From NCBI GenBank assembly GCA_041946805.1, contig JBHGBC010000006.1, positions 29,297 through 93,296 on the forward strand: a DNA stretch of 64,000 bases, written 5' to 3'. The notes under the pieces were generated by a model that had not been told where the DNA came from, did no database searches, and saw only the letters and a list, made by a program, of their open reading frames with translations. The stretch's first letter is position 1. Each line of letters starts with the position of its first letter. Made by a program: the position numbers and the translations under genes. Of this stretch, positions 39,090 to 49,335 are shown piece by piece. Source of the DNA: a bacterium (GTDB lineage Bacteria > Hinthialibacterota > Hinthialibacteria > Hinthialibacterales > Hinthialibacteraceae).

Positions 39090-40409
39090 TCACCCTTCAT
39101 AATACGGCATGGTCCAGGGCTGGCGGTATTTCACACGCAGCAACTGGTTGGCCTTGTCGTTGTTTTCGATCGTTTCCGTTTCGGCGTTCCAGGCCACCCG
39201 GTCCCCGGTGCGAAAGGCCACGTTGCCCAGATGCGCCACCGTCGAAATGAAATGCGCAAGCTCCAGGTTCTCGACGGGATCCTTGCGGGAGACGACGCAA
39301 TCCAAAAAATTGCGGACATGCGCGGGGCGGCCGTCCGTCACGATTTTGCCCTTGCGTTCGGCCACGCCCTTGTTCTTTTCGGAGATCACTTCCCACCCGT
39401 CGCCGTCCAGGATCAATGTGGCGTGGCTGCCGCTGAAGGAAAGGCCATGCGGCCGTCCGCCGATGCCCACGCCGCCCAGCATTTGATGCTCCCACACCAG
39501 CGTGTAGGTGGGAAAATCGTACATGGCGATCTGCGTGTCCGGGGTTTCGGTGTTGTCTTCCACCACCAGTTTGCCGCCCGAACTGTTGACCGCCTTGGGC
39601 GGCGTGGTCCCCATGGCCCACAGCGCCACGTTGATCAAGTGCACGCCCCAGTCGGTCATCAGGCCGCCCGCGTAATTCCAGAACCAGCGGAAATTGAAAT
39701 GAAACCGGTTGGGATTGAACGCGCGTTTCGGGGCCGGCCCCAACCACATATCGTAATCCACCCCCTGCGGCGGATCGGCGTCCGGCGGATTGCCGATGCC
39801 CCCCACCCAATCCAGGTAAGCCCACGCGCGCACCATGCGGATTTTGCCCAGCTCACCGGAATGGATGATATCGACGGCTTCCTGGAAATGCTCGCTGCTG
39901 CGCCATTGCGTTCCCATCTGAACCACTCGCTGGTTTTCCCGCGCCGCCCGCAGCATGGCGCGCCCTTCGGCCACGCTGGTGGCCAGCGGTTTTTCGACGT
40001 ACACATCCTTGCCCGCCTGGCAGGCGAGCACGGTGGGCAGCGCGTGCCAATGGTCCGGCGTGGCTACGATCACCGCGTCCACGTCGCTGCGCTCCAGCAC
40101 CCGGCGGAAGTCCTTGACGCCGTCCGCGCCAGGCTCCCGGTGTTTTTTGACTTGCTCGATGCCTTGCGCGATCCGCGCGTCGTCGATGTCGCAGATCACC
40201 GGGCAATCGACATCGTCATTGCGCAAAAAGGCCGTCAGGTCGCCCTGGCCCATCCCGCCGGAGCCGATCAGTCCTACCCGGATCTTTTCGTTCGGGCTGA
40301 CGGCGGCTTTCGCCGTTCCCGCGCTGGCGAGAATGAGTCCGCTGAACAGCGGCGCGGCCGCGGCCGCCGTGGTGTTGCCTAAAAATGCCCGTCGCGTCAC
40401 GTGAGTCAT
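39090..40409 (-). CDS. Gfo/Idh/MocA oxidoreductase, Tat signal
   Basis: TRRAFLG, GLIGSGGMG, VATPDHWH, VYVEKPL, QMGTQWRS, YDMWLGPAP, TDWGVHL. Confidence 0.92.
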   Translation of the reverse strand: MTHVTRRAFLGNTTAAAAAPLFSGLILASAGTAKAAVSPNEKIRVGLIGSGGMGQGDLTAFLRNDDVDCPVICDIDDARIAQGIEQVKKHREPGADGVKDFRRVLERSDVDAVIVATPDHWHALPTVLACQAGKDVYVEKPLATSVAEGRAMLRAARENQRVVQMGTQWRSSEHFQEAVDIIHSGELGKIRMVRAWAYLDWVGGIGNPPDADPPQGVDYDMWLGPAPKRAFNPNRFHFNFRWFWNYAGGLMTDWGVHLINVALWAMGTTPPKAVNSSGGKLVVEDNTETPDTQIAMYDFPTYTLVWEHQMLGGVGIGGRPHGLSFSGSHATLILDGDGWEVISEKNKGVAERKGKIVTDGRPAHVRNFLDCVVSRKDPVENLELAHFISTVAHLGNVAFRTGDRVAWNAETETIENNDKANQLLRVKYRQPWTMPYYEG

Positions 40410-40629
40410 CGAGGTTCTCCATATCTCAAATGGAATCGAAGGGATTTGCACCCTTGGGGTTATCTTCTCACAAGAATTTCACTATGGGTAAGCTATCGGT
40501 TCTCCAGTCAGCAGAAATATCATTCTCACCGCCAACGGCTTATTTAAACTAGCCCGACCAGGGCTTCAGCCCAGGGAAGATATGGAATCAAAAGCAGGAC
40601 GGCGTACCGCGCGTCGCGTGGCCCATCAC

Positions 40630-40723
40630 ATCTTGGTCATCCTGGTTATTCTGACCATTCTGATTCAGACAGGTAATCAAGAGGGCGATGGTTTTTCGTA
40701 GAGGCGGACCTTGGTGTCCGCCC
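40630..40723. repeat. 4x9-bp element plus GTAG-type REP
   Basis: ATCTTGGTC ATCCTGGTT ATTCTGACC ATTCTGATT CAGAC (40630-40670); GTAGAGGCGGACCTTGGTGTCCGCCC (40698-40723). Confidence 0.75.
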
Positions 40724-40731
40724 GGGTAAAT

Positions 40732-42060
40732 TCATAGCGTCCACGGTTCCCGCATCGGCCGGTCCAGCAGCCAGTTGGCCACGGGATCCTCCACGAAACG
40801 TTCGACGCCCGGATTCCACCGCAGCGGGCGGCCCAGCATCATGGAGATGTTGCCGATGTGCGCGATGGAGATGGTGCGGTGGCCGGTTTCCGCCGGCGCG
40901 TAACATTCCCGCCGCGACTTGACGCAGTCCAGAAAATTGCGCTGCTCGCCGCCCACGCAGGTGTAGAGATGGATTTCATCCGGTCCGATGGTTTCCTGCA
41001 GGATGGACGGCGGATCGGCCTGCAGCGGCGCGCGCCAGCCGTCGTTGCCGATCCATCCTTCCTTGCCGATGAACTTGATCGCCGGATTGCGCGAACGGAC
41101 GGTCATCCTCACGCCGTTGGCGTATTGGTAGTGGATTTCGAACTTCGTGGCCGTGTTGTACAACCCTTCCTTGGGAAACTCGCCGCGGCCTTCCACGGTC
41201 TCCGGGCCGGTATGCTCGGTGTTGTTGGCCCATTGCGCGAGGTCGATCAGATGCGCGCCCCAATCGGTCAGCATGCCGCCCGAGTAATCGAGAATCCAAC
41301 GGAAATTCCAATGGCACCGCGCCGGGCAGTACGGCGCTTCCGGGGCCTGCCCCAGCCACAAATCGTAATCGAAGCCCTTGGGGGGAGTGGTGAACTCCAT
41401 GCCGGCTTCCTGAATGGAATGGCCGCTGGGCAAATCCACAATGATTTCCAGCAATTTGCCGATCCGCCCGTTGCGCACGAGTTCGCACATACGGTGATAT
41501 TCGGGCGCCGAACGGTTTTCCGACGCGGTTTGGAAGATCCGGTTGTATTGGCGGATCGTATCGCTCAGCACTCGCCCTTCCCGCACGGTCAGCGAGAGGG
41601 GTTTCTCGCACATCACGTCCTTGCCCGCCTTCGCCGCGTGGATCGCGGCGATCACGTGCCAGTGGTCCGGCGTGGCGATCATCACCGCGTCGATATCGTT
41701 CCGCGCGAGCAGGTCCCGGAAGTCGTTGTACTCGTCGCAGCCCTTGTAGGACCCTTTGTCCGCCGATTCGCCGTAGCGTTCCTCGAGGAGGGCCTTCGCC
41801 TTGAGACGCCGCTCCGTGTCCACGTCGCACACGGCCAGGATCTGGTTGTCCGGCTCGTTCAGAAAGCGCCGGATGTTCCAATTGACGCCGTGGTCGCCGG
41901 TTCCGATGATCCCCAGGGTGACCTTTTCGCTCGGGGCCACGCCGCCGTCCAATCCCAGCGCGGAGGAAGGGATGATCTGCGGGGCCAGGGCCAACCCGAG
42001 GGCCGTTGTGGTGCAACCGCGCAGAAATTCACGCCGCGGGGCGCGTTGGTTTTGACGCAT
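40732..42060 (-). CDS. Gfo/Idh/MocA oxidoreductase, Tat signal
   Basis: PRREFL, GIIGTG, IATPDHWH, VMCEKPL, YDLWLGQAP, TDWGAHL. Confidence 0.92.
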   Translation of the reverse strand: MRQNQRAPRREFLRGCTTTALGLALAPQIIPSSALGLDGGVAPSEKVTLGIIGTGDHGVNWNIRRFLNEPDNQILAVCDVDTERRLKAKALLEERYGESADKGSYKGCDEYNDFRDLLARNDIDAVMIATPDHWHVIAAIHAAKAGKDVMCEKPLSLTVREGRVLSDTIRQYNRIFQTASENRSAPEYHRMCELVRNGRIGKLLEIIVDLPSGHSIQEAGMEFTTPPKGFDYDLWLGQAPEAPYCPARCHWNFRWILDYSGGMLTDWGAHLIDLAQWANNTEHTGPETVEGRGEFPKEGLYNTATKFEIHYQYANGVRMTVRSRNPAIKFIGKEGWIGNDGWRAPLQADPPSILQETIGPDEIHLYTCVGGEQRNFLDCVKSRRECYAPAETGHRTISIAHIGNISMMLGRPLRWNPGVERFVEDPVANWLLDRPMREPWTL

Positions 42061-42202
42061 GATGGATTTCCTCGATCGAGAATGATCCGGGACAATAACC
42101 TTCATCATGGAAACCGATTATTGTGTTCGGTTTGCATGATCCCATGGATCGCGCCGGACGGCAAGATCTTGGGGAAGGCTACTATTTACGCGATTGCAGC
42201 GA

Positions 42203-42331
42203 AGGGATGCATTTCGCCCTTTCAGGGCTTCCCTCACCCTGCCCAGAGGGAGAGGGAATCGTTTAGCGTTCCCATTCATACTCAAGCCACGAATACAGCA
42301 CAAAGAAAGTACTGCATTCAGGTGAATAGTT
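42203..42331 (+). repeat. Extended dispersed repeat, copy 1
   Basis: GCCCTTTCAGGGC hairpin + CCCTCACCCT..GAGGGAGAGGGAATCGT + tail colinear with 46145-46233, ending GTGAATAGTT. Confidence 0.75.
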
Positions 42332-42340
42332 TTCGCATGC

Positions 42341-43144
42341 TCACCCCCGCCGGAAAAACATCTCGTACAGGCTGAGGATGATTTCGAAGACGATCAGGAT
42401 GACGATGTACCACTCCACCCGCAGGTTGCGGCGGTTCTGCAAGAGTTCCAGCACCGTGTGGGCGGTGCGGGAGATGAGTTCCAGTTTTCGTTCCAGCGCC
42501 GCGTGGCGCTCCTTGATTTCAAACTCGTCCTGAAGACGCAGGTAGAGCCGCTCGAGTTCCGGCCTTTCCCAGAGCAGGTCCGGTTTGTCGGCCACTTCCA
42601 CCCGGCCGACCATGTTGTGCTCGCTGAGCATAACGGAACCGATGTAGCTGAGCAGCTCCCGCGCCTGGCGGCCGGCCGGCGAGCGTTTTTCGAGGTTGGC
42701 GGCGAACGGCTCGATCCGTTCGAAACTTTGCGAGACCTTCGATTCGTACTGCGCCAGCACCACGCTTTTCCCCAGAATGTCCGCCACCAGCTGCAGGCGC
42801 TCGATCGCGGCATCGTTCAGGATCACCGCGCCGCCTTCCATGCCTTCACGCCCGGCGGGATCGATGCGGATCTCAAGGGTTTCCGCCTCGGGAGCGGGAT
42901 AAGGCTGGGACACCAGCGGCTGCAGTTGGGCGAGAAACGTGGCCTGTTCCAAGGGGGCCACGCCGAACAGCACCACCGCGCCGTACCGGTGCAGCACCGC
43001 GATCCCCCCGCCGCGCACGACGAGCGTCGTGGGCGCCACCGCCAGCCGTTCGGAGGCTTCCAACGCCCGGATGTCGATCCGTTCGCCGATCAGCAAGGCC
43101 CGCGCCTTGAAGCGGCCGCTGTCCAGAATGGAATTGTCCGCCAT
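42341..43144 (-). CDS. RMD1/DUF155 family protein
   Basis: YGAVVLFG, KSVVLAQYE, DKPDLLWERPELERLY, EFEIKER, RVEWYIVILIVFEI C-terminal TM. Confidence 0.88.
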   Translation of the reverse strand: MADNSILDSGRFKARALLIGERIDIRALEASERLAVAPTTLVVRGGGIAVLHRYGAVVLFGVAPLEQATFLAQLQPLVSQPYPAPEAETLEIRIDPAGREGMEGGAVILNDAAIERLQLVADILGKSVVLAQYESKVSQSFERIEPFAANLEKRSPAGRQARELLSYIGSVMLSEHNMVGRVEVADKPDLLWERPELERLYLRLQDEFEIKERHAALERKLELISRTAHTVLELLQNRRNLRVEWYIVILIVFEIILSLYEMFFRRG

Positions 43145-43267
43145 GTATACTTTGCCTTGGATTTCGTCTTTCCCCTGGCTACGCTATTGTATCGCAATCC
43201 GCATGGCTTCGGTACGCGCGGATTCAGGAAGCCATGGCGGGTTGAATTCATTCGGCGGGAGGCGGGT

Positions 43268-44656
43268 ATGCGAATTTACTTCTTCGGCGGAGCGGGCGAA
43301 GTGACCGGCTCGATGCACATGATCGAAGTCAACGGCCGGCGTATCCTGATGGATTGCGGATTTCACCAGGGGCACCGGGAAGAGGCCAACCGCCTGAACC
43401 GCCATCTGCCCTTCGCTCCCCGCAACGTGGATGTCATGCTCCTCTCCCACGCCCACATCGATCACAGCGGCAACATCCCCTCGCTCTGCAAGAATTACGA
43501 CGGCGACATCGTCAGCACCCTGGCCACCCGCGACCTCTGCGCGGTGATGCTCATGGACAGCGCCCATATCCAGGAAAAGGACGCCGAGTTCTTCAACAAG
43601 AAAATCGCCAAGAATCCCGGTGAGGAAATCGCCCCGATCTACAGCTACGAGCACGTGTCCAAATGCCTCGAGCAGTTCATTTCCATCAACTACGGCCGCC
43701 CCTACCACTTGACCGATGGGGTGACCCTCACCTTTCACGACGCCGGTCATGTGCTGGGCTCGTCCGTGGCCGTGCTGGACATTCAGGAGAATGGCAAGAA
43801 ACGCCGCCTGGTTTACAGTGGTGACCTGGGCCGCAAGCAAATCCCCATCCTGAACGACCCCACCCTGATTCCCGGCGCGGACTACATGCTGCTGGAAAGC
43901 ACCTACGGCAACCGGGCGCACGATCCGATCGAAATCGCTGACAACCGCCTGGCCGAGGCCGTGCACGCGATTAACGAGCGCAAGGGGAAACTGATCATCC
44001 CCACTTTCGCCCTCGAACGCACCCAGGAAATCCTCTACAGCTTCCACAAGCTGCTCAAAACCGGCCGCATCCCCCGCCTGCCGATCTATGTCGACAGCCC
44101 CCTGGCCATCAAGGTGACCGATATCTTCCGTCTGCATCCCGAATGCTTCGACGAGGAAATCCTCTCGCTCTTCGACAACCGTGAGGACCCCTTCGATTTT
44201 CCCGAATTGCAGATGGTCCGCAGTAAGGAAGAATCGCAGGGGCTGAACGAGGAATCCGGCCCAATGGTCATCCTGTCCGCCTCGGGCATGTGCGAGGGCG
44301 GCCGTATCCTGCATCACCTGCGCAACAACATCAGCGATCCCAACAACATGATCCTTATCGTCGGCTACCAGGCCAATCACACCTTGGGACGCCGCATCGT
44401 CGAACGCCAACCGCGCGTCCGGATTTTCGGCCTCGAGCATGACCTGGAGGCGGAAGTGCGGGTCATCAACGCCTACAGCGGCCACGCCGACAAGGAAGGC
44501 CTGGACGCCTTCGCCCTGGCCTCCAAGGACACGCTGCAAAAACTCTTCCTCGTGCACGGCGAATCCGATCAGAGTACGGCGATGGCCGAACGCCTGCGCG
44601 GGAAAGGCATCCGCGAAGTGCGCATCCCCCAACGGGGCGAATTCGTGGATTTGTGA
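43268..44656 (+). CDS. Metallo-beta-lactamase/beta-CASP family nuclease
   Basis: GGAGEVTGS, DCGFHQG, SHAHIDHSG, AGHVLGS, YSGDLG, ESTYG, SASGMCEGGRILHH, YSGHAD, VHGE; GGAGG RBS before ATG 43268. Confidence 0.93.
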   Translation: MRIYFFGGAGEVTGSMHMIEVNGRRILMDCGFHQGHREEANRLNRHLPFAPRNVDVMLLSHAHIDHSGNIPSLCKNYDGDIVSTLATRDLCAVMLMDSAHIQEKDAEFFNKKIAKNPGEEIAPIYSYEHVSKCLEQFISINYGRPYHLTDGVTLTFHDAGHVLGSSVAVLDIQENGKKRRLVYSGDLGRKQIPILNDPTLIPGADYMLLESTYGNRAHDPIEIADNRLAEAVHAINERKGKLIIPTFALERTQEILYSFHKLLKTGRIPRLPIYVDSPLAIKVTDIFRLHPECFDEEILSLFDNREDPFDFPELQMVRSKEESQGLNEESGPMVILSASGMCEGGRILHHLRNNISDPNNMILIVGYQANHTLGRRIVERQPRVRIFGLEHDLEAEVRVINAYSGHADKEGLDAFALASKDTLQKLFLVHGESDQSTAMAERLRGKGIREVRIPQRGEFVDL

Positions 44657-44770
44657 GAATAGGGTAGAAACTGTACGCTGGGGCTGCAGTCCAAGTTGGA
44701 TGGGCTCAAAGCGCAGCGGAATCCGCCGAACGGGCTTGGGCGCCCGCCCGGATTATTTTCAAATCGCGTT

Positions 44771-45889
44771 TCATCCCTCCGCCATCCGCCGTGCTTCCCC
44801 GGGGACCTGGGGAACGCCCGTCTCGGCGCTGGCCACGGCGGCGAAACACAATGCCAGGCTGGTGAGATTGTTCCGCGCGCTGTGGGCCGGCTCACGGTTC
44901 TCTTCGATGGCCGCCAGCAATTCGCCCATGGTCCCTTGGAAGCCGTTTTCGAACCAGGTGCCCTCCAACTTGGCCTGGGCGTGGCCCGCCGTGGTGAAGA
45001 GCGTGACCTGCTGCGCGGTAAGGTCCTTCCCCGTGCTGTGGAGGGATCCCTTCGTCCCCACGATCAGGGTTTGATCGAGCGGGCCGAAGCCGCTGGCGGC
45101 GTTGAAACTCCAGGTAGCCTGCGCGCCCTCGAAATCGGCGGCGGCGTGCGCCAGCAGGGGCGGCTGGACTTTTTGGCCCGCTCCCCGCGTGACGGAGGCG
45201 AACACCCGCCGCGCTGTCCGCCCTCCCATGAAACACGATACGATGTCAAACCAGTGGATGGCGAAATCGTAGAGGATGACGTGCTTGATCTTCTCGAACT
45301 CGGTTCCCTTGATCCAGCTGTGGTCCCAATGGACCGTTTGCGTGATGCTGAGCGGCTCGCCGATGCACCCCGCCTGGATCGCGTGGCGGATGTAACTAAA
45401 ATGCGGGGCCCAGCGGCCGTTTTGGTTCACCGCCAGCCGGCGTCCCGCACGGTCCGCCAGATCGGCCAATTCGCGGCCGGCGTCCAGATCGAGGACGAAG
45501 GGCTTCTGGCTGAGGACATGCTTCCCGGCCTGCAAGGCTTCGCGGATGATCGCCACACGCTCGGCGGGGTGGGTGGCGATGTCCACCACCTCGATCTCGT
45601 CCCGCCGCAGCAGCTCGCGGTAACCGGTATACACGGCGGCTTCCGGATAATATTCATCGCGGCGCTTTCGGGCGCGCTCCTCGGCGAGGTCGCACAGCGC
45701 CGTGACGCGTAATCCCATCTTTTTGTATTCCGCCAGATGATAACTCGTGATCCCTCCGCAACCGATCAAGCCGATGGCCGGCTGGTACCGGCGCGGCCGG
45801 GGAGGCTGGTAAGGTAATTCGGGGGCCGGGATGGCTTCGCTGGCGGTGATCGCCGCGATACCGTATTCTTGGTCGTTGGTTTCGCTCAT
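44771..45889 (-). CDS. Gfo/Idh/MocA oxidoreductase (cytoplasmic)
   Basis: GLIGCGGI, DIATHP, HVLSQKPF, VNQNGRW, DFAIHWFD. Confidence 0.9.
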   Translation of the reverse strand: MSETNDQEYGIAAITASEAIPAPELPYQPPRPRRYQPAIGLIGCGGITSYHLAEYKKMGLRVTALCDLAEERARKRRDEYYPEAAVYTGYRELLRRDEIEVVDIATHPAERVAIIREALQAGKHVLSQKPFVLDLDAGRELADLADRAGRRLAVNQNGRWAPHFSYIRHAIQAGCIGEPLSITQTVHWDHSWIKGTEFEKIKHVILYDFAIHWFDIVSCFMGGRTARRVFASVTRGAGQKVQPPLLAHAAADFEGAQATWSFNAASGFGPLDQTLIVGTKGSLHSTGKDLTAQQVTLFTTAGHAQAKLEGTWFENGFQGTMGELLAAIEENREPAHSARNNLTSLALCFAAVASAETGVPQVPGEARRMAEG

Positions 45890-45939
45890 GGTTCACCCGT
45901 GTTGCATGGGAATTTGGAAGATATCATTTCCATTGTATG

Positions 45940-46346
45940 GACAGACGCCAAGGTCTGCCCCGATATGTTTCCCTCACTCTGATTCACTCCCAGGAATGGA
46001 GAGAGAAGAGGTCTTTTTACGCTATTTTTCCCAGGGCTTACGCCCTGGGCTATACTCATGCCGCGCCGTTGGCGCTGAAAAACTGTACTGCAAACCGGTA
46101 AATAGTTACCCCCCTTCCACGGTTTCCCTCACCCTAACCCTCTCCCAGAGGGAGAGGGAATCGTATAACGTTCCCGTCCATGCTCATACCACGAATAAAG
46201 CACTGAGGAAATTCTGCATTCGAGTAAATAGTTACCGATCTTGTAGGGGCACGTGGCAACGTGCTCCTGCTTTATCTCAGCATGGAGAAGGGATTCATGC
46301 ACGGCCCGCAACCCATCAAACCCCATGCCCACTGGGCTCAAAGCGC
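45940..46346. repeat. Intergenic REP mosaic including extended repeat copy 2
   Basis: CCCAGGGCTTACGCCCTGGG (46030-46049), GTAAATAGTTACC twice, CCCTCACCCTAACCCTCTCCCAGAGGGAGAGGG (46126-46158), TGTAGGGGCACGTGGCAACGTGCTCCT (46242-46268). Confidence 0.75.
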
Positions 46347-46350
46347 CGTG

Positions 46351-47433
46351 TCATCCCTCCACCAATTTCACCGTGCGCTTTTCGGCGGCGCTGAGGACGG
46401 CGCTGTCGGCGATCCGCTGCCCCATGCGCGAAATTTCGATCGAAAGCGGCCCGGTGACCGGTTCCTCATTTTCCAAACAGTGGATGAAATACTGCACGGG
46501 ATTCTGATACGGCGGCTGGAGCGCGCCGGCGGGAATCTCCCGCCCTTCCGGATGCTCCCGGGTCTGCAGGCGGACCGAAGGCTCATAATCGTAGCTGCTG
46601 AGGGTCCCCTCCGATCCCACGATCACGAACCCGCACTTGGGCTGCGGCTGGTGGGTCCAGGGATCGGTGAAAGTCCCCCAGCGGGTTTGGAACGTGGAGC
46701 GACCGTGTTCGTAGCGGGCGATGGTGACGCTGTGTTCATCCACCTCCAGGCCGGGCGGTTCGTCCACCACGCAGGTCACTTCGAGGGGCGCGCGGCCGTC
46801 GTGATACCAGGCGCCGAGCGTCGTGCCGTATCCCAGGTAATCCAACAGCGAGCCGCCGCCGTGGGCCTTTTTATAAAACCAGCTGCGGGGTTTTTCGCGG
46901 GCGGCTTCATCGGGCGTGATTTCGAGCTTGCCGGCCGTGTGATACAACGGACCCCGGTTGCCGTCGTAATAGTGGACCTCGATCACCTCGCCGATCCGTC
47001 CCTCGTCGATCAGCCGCTTGGCCATGCGGTGGGAGGGATACCAGGCCAGGGGCCAGTTGATGGCCAATTGCTTCCCCGTGGCCCGCATGGCCGCGATCAT
47101 GGCGTCCGCCTCCCGCAGGCTGGCGGCGAAGGGCTTCTCCATGAGGATCGGAATCCCATACGGCGCAACCTTATGGGTCCATTCGGCGTGATGGGCGGTG
47201 GCGGGGCAGAGAATCACCAGGTCCGGCTTTGTGGTTTCGAGGCAGCGGCGGTAATCGGTGAACAGCAGCTCGTCTGGAACCTGAAAATTGCGCTGCGCCG
47301 CGCGCATGCGTTCCGGCTGCTCGTCGCAGAGTCCCACGATCCGCGCCTGGGGATGCGCGAAGGCCATGCGCAGGTTATCGCCCATGTGCATGTGGTCGAA
47401 ATTGATCCCCGCGATTTTCCAGACTTTGGGCAT
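46351..47433 (-). CDS. Gfo/Idh/MocA oxidoreductase (cytoplasmic)
   Basis: AGINFDHMHMGD, ILMEKPFA, AINWPLAW, GGGSLLDYLGYG. Confidence 0.88.
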   Translation of the reverse strand: MPKVWKIAGINFDHMHMGDNLRMAFAHPQARIVGLCDEQPERMRAAQRNFQVPDELLFTDYRRCLETTKPDLVILCPATAHHAEWTHKVAPYGIPILMEKPFAASLREADAMIAAMRATGKQLAINWPLAWYPSHRMAKRLIDEGRIGEVIEVHYYDGNRGPLYHTAGKLEITPDEAAREKPRSWFYKKAHGGGSLLDYLGYGTTLGAWYHDGRAPLEVTCVVDEPPGLEVDEHSVTIARYEHGRSTFQTRWGTFTDPWTHQPQPKCGFVIVGSEGTLSSYDYEPSVRLQTREHPEGREIPAGALQPPYQNPVQYFIHCLENEEPVTGPLSIEISRMGQRIADSAVLSAAEKRTVKLVEG

Positions 47434-47446
47434 GGATTCCTCCCCT

Positions 47447-48295
47447 TCAGGATAATGCCGTATTGCTCCAGCGCTCGCCGCAACGGAGCACTTGCCACGG
47501 TTGGTTCAGCCGCTCCGCCGCGGCGATGAAAGCGCCGGGCGGGACGGTGTTGAATTCAAACATCTCGTAATGGCCGGGAATCACCCGGCGCGCGCCGATC
47601 GCCTTCGCCAACGCCGCCGCCTCGGGGCCGTCCAGGTTGCCGGGCACCCCGCGGGCGGGATCACGGCCGTTGATGGGCAGCAGGGCCACGTCGATCCGCT
47701 GGTCTTTGAGCCGTTCCACCATTCCCTCGTACCGGACCGTGTCCCCCGCGTGGTAGATCGTCCACGGCCCGAAACGGACCACGTATCCCAGGTACCGGCA
47801 GCGGCCCTGCCCGTCCCGGTCCACATTCTCATGAGCGGCGGCGATGCCGGTGAAGGTGAATTCGTCCACGGTGACGCTCTCCCTGTCATCCAGCCCGAGA
47901 GGCCAGGCGGGATCACATCCCAGGCGTTCGGTCACGAAGGCGCGGTTGGCCTCGGGAATGATCAGCCGCAGGCCGGGATTGACTTCGCGCAGGGGATTCA
48001 GGGTCTCGGCGTCAAGGTGATCCGTGTGGTTGTGGCTCGAGGTGACCACATCGATGAAATCCAGCCGCTCCGGCGCGATGACCAGCGAAGTCAAGCGCGT
48101 GTGGGGCTTGTTCGTCCCGGCATATTTCCGGGTGAGCGAATCGGAGAGGTACGGATCGAGCAGCAAGTGATGTCCGCGCCATTGCACGAGATACCCGCTC
48201 TGGCCCAGCCACCAGAGATGGAAGGCGTCCTTCTCGTTCCGGGCGTCTTGTACGTCCCGCAGAAAAGCCTCGCCGGACAGGACCGGTTCGATCAT
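47447..48295 (-). CDS. MBL-fold metallo-hydrolase (UlaG-like lactonase family)
   Basis: WWLGQSG, LDPYLSDS, SHNHTDHLD, AAHE, YHAGDT, LLPING, IPGHYEMF; ATGA overlap with upstream gene. Confidence 0.88.
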   Translation of the reverse strand: MIEPVLSGEAFLRDVQDARNEKDAFHLWWLGQSGYLVQWRGHHLLLDPYLSDSLTRKYAGTNKPHTRLTSLVIAPERLDFIDVVTSSHNHTDHLDAETLNPLREVNPGLRLIIPEANRAFVTERLGCDPAWPLGLDDRESVTVDEFTFTGIAAAHENVDRDGQGRCRYLGYVVRFGPWTIYHAGDTVRYEGMVERLKDQRIDVALLPINGRDPARGVPGNLDGPEAAALAKAIGARRVIPGHYEMFEFNTVPPGAFIAAAERLNQPWQVLRCGERWSNTALS

Positions 48296-49326
48296 AATCC
48301 CAACTCCCGGCGGACCTGGTGAACGCCGGCCGCCAGGTTGATCAGCTTTTGCCGGGCCGCCCAGCGGGCCGTTTGGCTGAGTCCGCAGTCCGGGGCGAAG
48401 GCCAGCCGCTCCGGCGGGGCGTACCGCAGGCAAAGTTTCACCCGCTGCGCGACATCCTCCACCGATTCGATGTAGTAGCTCTTCACGTCGATGATGCCCA
48501 CCGCCACGTCCTTCCTCCCGGCGATGGTCTCGATGATCTCGATCTCGGCGAACTCGCGGTTGGCCATCTCCACGTGGATTTCATCGGCTTGAAGCTCCAG
48601 AAAATAGGGAAACAGCGGGGCGTACCGCCGATACCCCACCGGATGCCCCTTGTAGTTGCCGAAACAGAGATGCGTTGACAACCGGCAACGTCCCGCCGCC
48701 GGTTCCACCGTGCGGTTGAAGATGTCCACGAAGCGCCGGGGATCCTCGCGGCAGCCGTAGCAGCTCATGGACGGCTCATCCACGGTGATTTCGCGGCAGC
48801 CGGCTTCCACCAGCGCCTCGAGTTCGGCGCGCACCAGGGGCAGCAGCGCCTCGGTCAGCGCCCAGCGGTCCGGATAGCGTGGATTGGGGACCAGCCGCCC
48901 GCTCAGCGTGTACGGGCCGGGAACGCTGCACTTCAGCGCGGGGCCGGCGGGGGCCAGCCGCCGGAGCCGCGCGAATTCCTCCACCGCGCCGAGTCCCCTA
49001 GGTGCGCGCAATTCGCCGGTGACCGCGTGTTTGCCGCGCTGGTCATGCGCCGGAGGGCCGAACCGCCGGGGCGGCGCGCTCTCCAGCTCGATGCCCTCCA
49101 GGTAGCCGTAGAAAGAGAGGTTGAAATCGAGCCGCGTCTGCTCGCCGTCGGTGATGACGTCCAGCCCGGCGGCCATCTGGTCGTGGATGGCGCAAATCAC
49201 GGCGTCGTCCTGCAATTCCCGCAGGTCATCGGGCCCGAAGGCCGCGAGATGTTGCGAGGCGAATTCGAGCCAGCCGGGAAACGGATAACTGCCGATCACG
49301 GTGGTGCGCAGGGGTTGTTCTTGCAT
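48292..49326 (-). CDS. Cobalamin-independent methionine synthase-like single-barrel protein
   Basis: TTVIGSYPFP, AGLDVITDGEQTR, PGPYTL, VDEP, Zn ligands THLCFGN / HVEMAN / PDCGL. Confidence 0.88.
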   Translation of the reverse strand: MQEQPLRTTVIGSYPFPGWLEFASQHLAAFGPDDLRELQDDAVICAIHDQMAAGLDVITDGEQTRLDFNLSFYGYLEGIELESAPPRRFGPPAHDQRGKHAVTGELRAPRGLGAVEEFARLRRLAPAGPALKCSVPGPYTLSGRLVPNPRYPDRWALTEALLPLVRAELEALVEAGCREITVDEPSMSCYGCREDPRRFVDIFNRTVEPAAGRCRLSTHLCFGNYKGHPVGYRRYAPLFPYFLELQADEIHVEMANREFAEIEIIETIAGRKDVAVGIIDVKSYYIESVEDVAQRVKLCLRYAPPERLAFAPDCGLSQTARWAARQKLINLAAGVHQVRRELGL

Positions 49327-49335
49327 ATGGAGTCC

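Noticed and set aside
42458..43267. N-terminal extension of the beta-CASP ORF (732 aa)
   Set aside because: Overlaps the RMD1 gene antisense; a GGAGG RBS and the family N-terminus place the start at 43268
48292..49326. Assigning the symbol metE
   Set aside because: Only a single barrel (344 aa) and no methionine-pathway context; function unproven
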